53,361 bases of DNA from NCBI GenBank assembly GCA_944384515.1, contig CALWTU010000032.1:1-53361 (forward strand), in the 5' to 3' direction. Shown one piece after another: positions 40,782 to 48,087 of the stretch. Position numbers and translations under genes: made by a program. This DNA comes from an uncultured Clostridia bacterium (GTDB taxonomy: Bacteria; Bacillota; Clostridia; Oscillospirales; CAG-272). Each line of letters starts with the position of its first letter. The stretch's first letter is position 1. The notes below the pieces were generated by a model that saw only the letters and a list, made by a program, of their open reading frames with translations, made no database searches and had not been told where the DNA came from.

Positions 40782-41519
40782 ATGCAGATAAATGAGAGTA
40801 CTTTTGTATCCGAGCTTGTGAGCGCTTTTAAAGAAAACGGAATGGGAAGTCTTATAAATCCCGAAAAATCCAAAAAGTTTTATCTTCTGACGGAGAGAAT
40901 GCTCTCGGAAAACGAAAAATACAACCTCACGGCTATTACCGAACCTGACAAAATAATATTAAACCATTATCTCGACTGCGCAGTACTGTGCGACAGGATA
41001 AGCAAGGGCGCGACGGTAATAGATATCGGCTGCGGCGCGGGATTCCCCTCTCTGCCGCTGGCTATTATACGGGATGATATTAAAATAACCGCAGTTGACT
41101 CTACCGCAAAGAGGACTGAATATGTCAAAAAAAGCGCAGAGATACTCGGACTTAATAACCTCACAACGCTGACAATGCGTGCCGAAGAGGGAGCGTGCAA
41201 AGAGGAGTTCAGAGAAAAATATGATTTTGCCGTGGCGCGTGCAGTAGCAGAGCTGCGGGTTTTGACAGAGCTGTGCCTCGGATATGTAAAGGTAGGCGGC
41301 AAGATGATAGCGATGAAGGGCAAGAACGCAGAATACGAGCTGAACGGCGCAAAGCGTGCAATATCCATTATGGGCGGAAGCGATACTGTCTCGGAGAGTA
41401 TAACTCTCAAAGGAAAAACCGATACCGTCTCCCACCCGCTCATAATCATACAAAAAGGCAAGAGGACGCCCAAAGATTATCCGAGAGTATATGCTAAAAT
41501 ATCAAAAAAGCCGCTTTGA
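40782..41519 (+). CDS. rsmG: 16S rRNA m7G527 methyltransferase RsmG (GidB)
   Basis: NLTAI, HYLD, DIGCGAGFP, RAE, ARAVA, KG, TP..YPR; ATG 40782 after GGAG (ORF track start GTG 40770). Confidence 0.95.
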   Translation: MQINESTFVSELVSAFKENGMGSLINPEKSKKFYLLTERMLSENEKYNLTAITEPDKIILNHYLDCAVLCDRISKGATVIDIGCGAGFPSLPLAIIRDDIKITAVDSTAKRTEYVKKSAEILGLNNLTTLTMRAEEGACKEEFREKYDFAVARAVAELRVLTELCLGYVKVGGKMIAMKGKNAEYELNGAKRAISIMGGSDTVSESITLKGKTDTVSHPLIIIQKGKRTPKDYPRVYAKISKKPL

Positions 41520-41718
41520 CACCGAAGTATAAAGCATTTTTTCGGCATGATAATTTAACACGGTATGCCACTTAATAAATTTTTACCCCAAAACAGCAGA
41601 ATGCAACGCAAATATTGTTTTTTACAGATGTTAATTTTTCGCACTGCCGCAAATCCTACATTTTGCGACAGTTTTTTTATTTATTTTGTTGTATTATGTT
41701 AGAGAAGGAGAGATTATT

Positions 41719-42189
41719 ATGAATATGTTTGATGAGGCAAAAGCCATTGTCGGAATGATTAATATGTGTCACGCAACACAAAACGAAATTGCTGAGAAAA
41801 TGGGAGTGAGCCAGTCTTATATCGCAAACAAAATAAGACTCCTCAAAATACCGCCCGTATGTCAGACGCTTATACTCAATTCAGGACTGTCCGAGAGACA
41901 CGCAAGAGCACTCTTGCGGCTTAAAGATGAGGCGGACATTATTTGCGCAATTGAGAAAATCGACAAAATGCGACTGAATGTATCCCTGACGGAGGCGCTG
42001 GTTGACAGCATGATAATTGAGGACAAGCCCAAAATGATAAGCGAATGTACGACGCACCAGCGAATAGCGACATTTGATATTGTGCTCAACGATGCGCTCA
42101 AATATTTAAAATCTGTGGGAATTAAAGTTTTTAAGTCCTCGCAAAAATGCGGCAACAAAAACTATATTTCCCTATGCATTGAAGAATGA
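41719..42189 (+). CDS. Noc/ParB-like HTH protein lacking the N-terminal ParB (CTPase) domain
   Basis: TQNEIAEKMGVSQSYIANKIRLL and SERHARALLRL resemble the Noc DNA-binding domain; RBS AGAAGGAG; only 156 aa; downstream of rsmG. Confidence 0.75.
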   Translation: MNMFDEAKAIVGMINMCHATQNEIAEKMGVSQSYIANKIRLLKIPPVCQTLILNSGLSERHARALLRLKDEADIICAIEKIDKMRLNVSLTEALVDSMIIEDKPKMISECTTHQRIATFDIVLNDALKYLKSVGIKVFKSSQKCGNKNYISLCIEE

Positions 42190-42364
42190 GTTCAATACTC
42201 GGAATATCGCAAAGCAGATTTTGCGCAGTGTTCTACCGGGGCGCTCACAGCAGAAATTTATGACTTTTAAAACGCCTCAAAACACTAAAAAGCATATTTT
42301 ACTCCAAAAAATTTACTGTACCAAATAGGTATTTTATAAACCGTACCCACGTTTTACATAAAAA

Positions 42365-42450
42365 AACGGTTATCAAGCCATGCAAAAGGATAAACCAAAG
42401 ACTCAAAAATCTTTCTGTCCTTACTGCTCTTGTCGGCATTGATAACCGTT
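42365..42450. terminator. Long (~86 nt) imperfect hairpin right after the stop of the 740-aa gene
   Basis: 12-bp perfect IR AACGGTTATCAA/TTGATAACCGTT with further internal pairing; U-run on the minus strand. Confidence 0.55.
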
Positions 42451-42454
42451 ATTT

Positions 42455-44677
42455 TTATTCAAGATATGCCTTTGAGATATTAAGCTCGCTCTTTCCGAGA
42501 ACCTTTATAATGTTGACTATAAGCTCCTCTTCTTCTTTAGGAACCTCAACAAAATGAAGATTTACCGTATTGGTGTCCGGCACCGTCGCTTTTATCTTAA
42601 TATAGACATCTTCTTTATTAAAATATTTAATTGTTTTAATTATAATTTCATGTATCCTCTTTAATACTCCCGGATCAACAGGAACACGGAATAAGAGTCT
42701 TACCGTCTTTTGAGTATAAGTATATTTTATCTTAGGCTTTTCACGCTCTTCAACCTGAGAGACCTTTTTGTTATCCTGATTAAGCTGGAAATACTGATTG
42801 TTTGTAAACGGAAGATTTGCGAACTTCTCCTCTTCTATTTTCCGCTTTGCAATCTCCTCTTCTCTGAGCCTTTCCTCTCTCCGCTTTTCCTCTCTGAGTT
42901 TTTCTTCTCTGAGTTTCGCAGCTTCGATCTCCTCTTTGAGTTTTTCCGCTTTCTCTGCCTCTTCTTTTCTGATTCTCTCCTGCTCTATTACGGCGAGTCT
43001 TGCCGCCTCGGCAATTCTCTCCCTCTCCCTGATCTCGGCTCTTTCCTTTGCCTCAATCTCACGCCTGAGCGCCTCGGTCTTCTCCTCTTTTTCACGCTCT
43101 ATCTTCTGCCGCTCTTCCTCAGCCGCCCTTGCTCTTTCCTCAAGGCGTATATTGAGCTGCATAAGTTCTTCTTTCTCACGGCGCAGAGCGTCCGCCTCGC
43201 TTTTTGCCTGAAGTTCAGCCTCCTTGGCAAGCTCAAGGCGCAGCTGCGCCTCTATCGTCTTTCTGAGTTCAGCCTCACGCTCGGCATTGATCTCGGCTTT
43301 ATCCTCACCGCTCGGACGAGTGGGAACAGCGTTTTGTTTTGCGGTATCCTGCTCTGCCGACTGCACCCTTGCAGTCACTGCCTCCTCTTCGGCATCATGA
43401 AGCGCGCTCTCGTGGTCATCAATACCCTCAAGTTTATTTAGCTGCTCTATATCCTCCGCATCTTCTCCGTCCGGGTAAGCGTCTCTAAACTCTGCATTCT
43501 CATCTTCAGCCGCATCGTCATCCTCTGATGCCCCGGCATCATAGTTTTCATCATCGGTTTGCACATTTTTCGGCTCGTCATTGCTCTCAGAGCCCAACGA
43601 CTTTTCAGAAACGCCGACGGTGTTATCCTTTAAAACATTCCTGAGCTTCATTGAAAGCTCATCGTCATTTTCCTCACTCTGAGCCAAATCGTCAGCAGAC
43701 GAGTCATCGCTGTCTTCCATTTTAACTCCGAGAATCTCCTGAAGTTTAAAGGCAAGAATGCTCTCGCCGCCGTTCAAATCTTTATCCAAAGGTGAAATTT
43801 CTATTTGCTCCACCTCTCCTCTTCTTATAATTCTTTTTATTAAATCACGCCACTCGGTAATATTCTTTCTGCCCATGGCGTCCTGATACTGATCCGAAGA
43901 AACCCTGACAAGATATCTGTATTCCTTCTCCCTTATTCTCTGAGGCACGCTGTCGCAAATTTCAAAGAGTATATCACTTGATGACACTGTGTCGGATATT
44001 GTCAGCGGCAAGTCAGATTTAAGATTTTTCCATCTCACCCAAAAATCCTTTTTGAAACAGCCCTTCGCCGTTATCAAAAATCTTCTGTATGTGACATTTT
44101 CCGAAACGTGCTCCATAAAAGTATGGGGTGCAAACTCAACAACAAGTTTGAGAGTGCTGCTTACCACTCCTTTAAGAGAGAACTTCTCCTCGAGTGCATT
44201 GCTTATCTGTCTTGAAAGTTCGTCAACAAAACTCTGCGAATATTTGCCCACAAGGAAAAGTTTGTCCCTTGACGCCGCACTTATCTCAAGTTTAATACCT
44301 TCGTCACAGAAAAAAATCTTCCTCATCGCAATTCTCTCTTCAAACTCACAGGGCACATCCGGCGAGAGAACAAAATCTATCTCTTCTTCCCCAATGTAAT
44401 CATAGGGAACGGATTTTACAAACTTATTTTTGTCAGATACATCCCACATTATCCAAAATCTTTTATTTCCCTCTTCGGTACTGAGGGAAAGAGGATAATA
44501 AAATCTGCCGTCCTTTATAAAGTTATCGCAGAGAAAGTCCTCATACATCTGTACAGCGTAAAGTTTATCGCCAAATCTCTCATTTAATTTCGGGATAAGG
44601 TTGTTTGTAAAGCTCTCTTTAAATTTCTCACTCAATGTATCACTTATTATTTTATTGTGAAACAAGTCAACTGTCAT
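42455..44677 (-). CDS. Hypothetical protein: duplicated N-terminal domain, acidic linker, E/K/R-rich coiled coil, small C-terminal domain
   Basis: 740-aa ORF, RBS GGGAGGA, compositionally distinct segments; no signal peptide or TM seen. Confidence 0.7.
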   Translation of the reverse strand: MTVDLFHNKIISDTLSEKFKESFTNNLIPKLNERFGDKLYAVQMYEDFLCDNFIKDGRFYYPLSLSTEEGNKRFWIMWDVSDKNKFVKSVPYDYIGEEEIDFVLSPDVPCEFEERIAMRKIFFCDEGIKLEISAASRDKLFLVGKYSQSFVDELSRQISNALEEKFSLKGVVSSTLKLVVEFAPHTFMEHVSENVTYRRFLITAKGCFKKDFWVRWKNLKSDLPLTISDTVSSSDILFEICDSVPQRIREKEYRYLVRVSSDQYQDAMGRKNITEWRDLIKRIIRRGEVEQIEISPLDKDLNGGESILAFKLQEILGVKMEDSDDSSADDLAQSEENDDELSMKLRNVLKDNTVGVSEKSLGSESNDEPKNVQTDDENYDAGASEDDDAAEDENAEFRDAYPDGEDAEDIEQLNKLEGIDDHESALHDAEEEAVTARVQSAEQDTAKQNAVPTRPSGEDKAEINAEREAELRKTIEAQLRLELAKEAELQAKSEADALRREKEELMQLNIRLEERARAAEEERQKIEREKEEKTEALRREIEAKERAEIRERERIAEAARLAVIEQERIRKEEAEKAEKLKEEIEAAKLREEKLREEKRREERLREEEIAKRKIEEEKFANLPFTNNQYFQLNQDNKKVSQVEEREKPKIKYTYTQKTVRLLFRVPVDPGVLKRIHEIIIKTIKYFNKEDVYIKIKATVPDTNTVNLHFVEVPKEEEELIVNIIKVLGKSELNISKAYLE

Positions 44678-44852
44678 TACAAAGTCCTCCCAAATTCAAT
44701 ATATTTATATTCTATCACACGATTTAACAAAATGCAACATTTTTAACTATTCCCCGGCTTATTTTTTGTAAATAAAATGTTACTTATATATTTAATCTTG
44801 AAAAAAGCTGCGTTTTGTGTTAAAATTAACCCGATAGGACAAGGTGATTTTT

Positions 44853-45524
44853 ATGAATTTAAATATAATTGCGAGAATTTACACGGATTATAAAGAAAAA
44901 TTCGGCATACCGAGACAGAGCGGAATAGTGTGCGGCACACGCGGCAGAATAGTTTTTGAAAATGAGTACCGACGCCCCGAGGCACTCAGGGGACTTGAGG
45001 GATACAGCCATATATGGCTGATATGGGAGTTCTCCGAGGCAAAAAGGGACGGATGGTCGCCGACCGTCAGACCTCCGCGGCTCGGAGGCAACAAGAGAAT
45101 GGGCGTTTTTGCGACACGCTCCCCCTTCAGACCCAATAATTTGGGCTTGTCAGCAGTAAAACTGATTGAGATTTTACATACCGAAAATGAGGGTGATGTT
45201 CTGATTGTAGATGGTGCGGATATGCTCAGCGGCACTCCGATATACGATATAAAGCCTTATCTCTCTTACACCGACTCTCACCCCCATGCCGTGTGCGGTT
45301 TTGCCGAGGAGGTTAGAGGCGAGAGGTGCTGTGTCAATATCAGTGACGAGATACTCGGTATACTGCCTGCCGAAAAAAGAGAGCCGCTCATCGAAATTCT
45401 GAGACAGGAACCAAGTCCCGGATATAAGAACAGCGGTGAGTACGCATTTTTATTTTCTGATTACGAGGTATTTTATGTTTATGAAAATGACTGCATTACC
45501 GTTAAGAAAATAATTAAAAGATAG
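44853..45524 (+). CDS. trmO: tRNA (N6-threonylcarbamoyladenosine(37)-N6)-methyltransferase TrmO (TsaA)
   Basis: KFGIPRQSG, GLEGYSH.WL.W.F, TVRPPRLGGN, GVFATRSP.RPN, TPIYDIKPY. Confidence 0.93.
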   Translation: MNLNIIARIYTDYKEKFGIPRQSGIVCGTRGRIVFENEYRRPEALRGLEGYSHIWLIWEFSEAKRDGWSPTVRPPRLGGNKRMGVFATRSPFRPNNLGLSAVKLIEILHTENEGDVLIVDGADMLSGTPIYDIKPYLSYTDSHPHAVCGFAEEVRGERCCVNISDEILGILPAEKREPLIEILRQEPSPGYKNSGEYAFLFSDYEVFYVYENDCITVKKIIKR

Positions 45525-45575
45525 TTTTGTAAAAAAGTTGTTTTTAAGTTAAAAAACCTAACGCATTAAAACAAT

Positions 45576-45625
45576 TTTCCCATGATATCGCATATTACTT
45601 TCTATTGCGATACCATGGGAATTTT
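45576..45625. terminator. Bidirectional terminator
   Basis: TTCCCATGATATCGCA...TGCGATACCATGGGAA between convergent genes. Confidence 0.65.
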
Positions 45626-45646
45626 TATAATTTATACCGTGACCGT

Positions 45647-46627
45647 TTAATACTTTTCCATTATCTCAGGAAAATCCGTCAGAACCTGCATATAAAGCGC
45701 CTCGGCTCCCCGCTTTGCCGGGTGGACGCCGTCTGAATACAGCATTTCACTGTACCAATTTATATCCTTATCCGCTCCGACGGCGCTGTTAAAGTCAATG
45801 TATCTTAATCCCGAGGCACGAACCCATTTGTTCTTCTCTTCATTATTTACTTTCGGAGTAGACGGAATTGTCGAGAGAACAAGATTTATACCTTTCTTTT
45901 TGCAGGTAGCGACAACCTCCTCGGTCGCCTCAAGCCAACGGGCATTGATTTTGCCGTCTGTATCTCCGTTGTTCATACCGAGACACCAAACAACAAACTG
46001 CGCCTTTCCCCTCTCCATTGCCATACGGAAATCAATAATTCCCCGGTCAACTCCCATGCCCGGATATCCGATAAGCAAACTGCTGTCGTATCCGTCTCTG
46101 TGAAGATAATACGGCCATCTTCCGGGATCTCTTGTATTAAAATATGAGTCTCCGAAAAGATATATCGGCTTCTTATAGCCCGAACAGTACCAGTTTACCT
46201 TAACATCGTAGATATCAACATCTGTCTTGACATTCACACTGCCGTTTCTGCCTGCCCAGTCAACATCCGAAATTTTAAAAATATCGGACATGCTCATGAT
46301 ATTTATATCGGCGCTCTGGTAACCGACATCTATGCTGACCGCCAGAAATTCGTCTATATTCATCCCGTGAGGCTGACAGTACACTTCCCTTTGCTCCGCA
46401 TACATATGTACGACGCGCACATTTGTCTCGTCTATAATAAGAAAACTTGACGCATATTTATCATCTCCGCCGTGAGCAATTGTTATTTTGCCCTTAAGCG
46501 GGGAGCCCAGCCTTGCTCTGAAGGTCAGGTGCTTATCATTAATAATTGTATTTTCGTCAACCAAAAGCGTCTGACCGCTCTTAAGCACCTCCGCACTCTT
46601 GGTTATTATATTATTTGAAATCTGCAT
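45647..46627 (-). CDS. SGNH esterase paralogue C (beta-rich domain + SGNH; no signal peptide)
   Basis: FGDSYF, GYPG, WCLGMNN, DGVHP catalytic blocks. Confidence 0.8.
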   Translation of the reverse strand: MQISNNIITKSAEVLKSGQTLLVDENTIINDKHLTFRARLGSPLKGKITIAHGGDDKYASSFLIIDETNVRVVHMYAEQREVYCQPHGMNIDEFLAVSIDVGYQSADINIMSMSDIFKISDVDWAGRNGSVNVKTDVDIYDVKVNWYCSGYKKPIYLFGDSYFNTRDPGRWPYYLHRDGYDSSLLIGYPGMGVDRGIIDFRMAMERGKAQFVVWCLGMNNGDTDGKINARWLEATEEVVATCKKKGINLVLSTIPSTPKVNNEEKNKWVRASGLRYIDFNSAVGADKDINWYSEMLYSDGVHPAKRGAEALYMQVLTDFPEIMEKY

Positions 46628-46640
46628 AACTCTCTCCTAG

Positions 46641-48080
46641 TCAATCACACATTATTTCAGGAAAATCTATAAGCACCTGCATATAAAGCGCCTGCGCTCC
46701 GGACTTTGCAGGATGTACATTGTCTTTATACAGCATTCCGAAGTACCACTCACCCGTATTCTGATTTGCTACAACCGCCTTATCAAAATCGACATATCTG
46801 TATCCGCTGTTTCTGACCCATTCATTTTTCATACGGTTATTTCTTGTGGGAGTTGATGGAATCGTTGACAAAATAACCTCTATTCCGCGCGCCTCGCAAA
46901 GCTCGATAAAACGCTCCGTTGCGCTGAGCCAATTTGAATTGATACTGTTATCACCGTCCATATCATTCATACCCATACACCAAAATGCGTACACGGGTGT
47001 GCCGTAGTGCAGCGCCGCTTCGAACTCGGCAATTCCCTTGCTGCTCGCCATGCCGGGGTATCCCATCATAAGATTGTCGGTATATCCGCTCTGCAGCAGA
47101 TGCGACGGCCATCTCGAGGGATCGGAAACATTGAAATACGAGTCTCCGACCATCCACACCTTGCTTGAATAATCATCGCAGTTCCATTTCAGCGAGACAT
47201 TTTTCAGAGTTACATTGCTCACCGCTTCAACATGCGGGCTTCCCTGTCTGCCGTCCCAGCTTACATTTTTAACTGTGTACATAAATCCGCTTGATGTCAT
47301 AATCTGTATATTTGCATAACCTGCGCCTACATCAATATTGACTGTGAGAAAATCTTTGATATTGAGACCGTGTACATATTTTTGCTCAACAATATTTTCG
47401 CTTGTATAATATTTTACTACTTTTAAATTTTCTTTGTCAATCTCAATATAAGTTGCGGCATACTCCGTATATCCGTGTCCGATACGAATCACGCCATCGC
47501 CTATGCTGTCAAGCTCCATTTTTGCAACAAGATGCTTATTCTTTATTATCGTATTTGAAGCGATTTTCAAAGATGAACCGGGAATAAGCTCGCTCGCCTG
47601 TGCGGCAAGAAATTTATTTCCCAAATTCAGTGAATAAATTATTCCCAGATCCTCTGTCGTATCAACTCCATCCTTGCCGTCTTTTCCGTTTTTGATCTCA
47701 AAGGTTGTGCTGAGCCCGGTTGAAAAAGTAATACGGTAAACGGTCATCTCCTCGCTCGTGCCGATAGCTACGCACTCGGTGACGGTCGGAGTAATTCCGT
47801 CCTCTCCGTCAACTCCGTTTTCAACGCCGAACTGAACCTTATCCCCTGTTGAAAAGGTTATCTCGTATGTATCCACATTTCCGACAGATGAAATCTTATC
47901 TATCGACTCGACAGTCGGCGACGCGCCGTCCTTACCGGTTGCTGATACGCCTGTATCCTCACCGTCGACAAACCAGTTTCCGTTCTCACCGATATACGGA
48001 GCGTCTCCGGAGCAGGACACAGCCGACAGAGAAAGACTGAGTACCAAGAGTATAATTCCGAACAATTTCATTAATTTCAT
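46641..48080 (-). CDS. SGNH esterase paralogue B, predicted lipoprotein with short collagen-like stalk
   Basis: Signal peptide with AVS-C lipobox; APYIGENGNWF; GKDG/GVDGEDG repeats; VGDSYF, CMGMND, DNVHP. Confidence 0.8.
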   Translation of the reverse strand: MKLMKLFGIILLVLSLSLSAVSCSGDAPYIGENGNWFVDGEDTGVSATGKDGASPTVESIDKISSVGNVDTYEITFSTGDKVQFGVENGVDGEDGITPTVTECVAIGTSEEMTVYRITFSTGLSTTFEIKNGKDGKDGVDTTEDLGIIYSLNLGNKFLAAQASELIPGSSLKIASNTIIKNKHLVAKMELDSIGDGVIRIGHGYTEYAATYIEIDKENLKVVKYYTSENIVEQKYVHGLNIKDFLTVNIDVGAGYANIQIMTSSGFMYTVKNVSWDGRQGSPHVEAVSNVTLKNVSLKWNCDDYSSKVWMVGDSYFNVSDPSRWPSHLLQSGYTDNLMMGYPGMASSKGIAEFEAALHYGTPVYAFWCMGMNDMDGDNSINSNWLSATERFIELCEARGIEVILSTIPSTPTRNNRMKNEWVRNSGYRYVDFDKAVVANQNTGEWYFGMLYKDNVHPAKSGAQALYMQVLIDFPEIMCD

Positions 48081-48087
48081 ATTATAT

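Noticed and set aside
40770-42360. Replication-origin region or parS sites suggested by rsmG-noc
   Set aside because: No mnmG, parA, parB or dnaA, and no DnaA-box cluster or TGTTTCACGTGAAACA-like site noticed
42710-43441. 243-aa and 137-aa plus-strand ORFs
   Set aside because: Antisense shadows of the low-complexity E/K/R coiled-coil region; Leu/Phe/Ser-rich with no recognisable motifs
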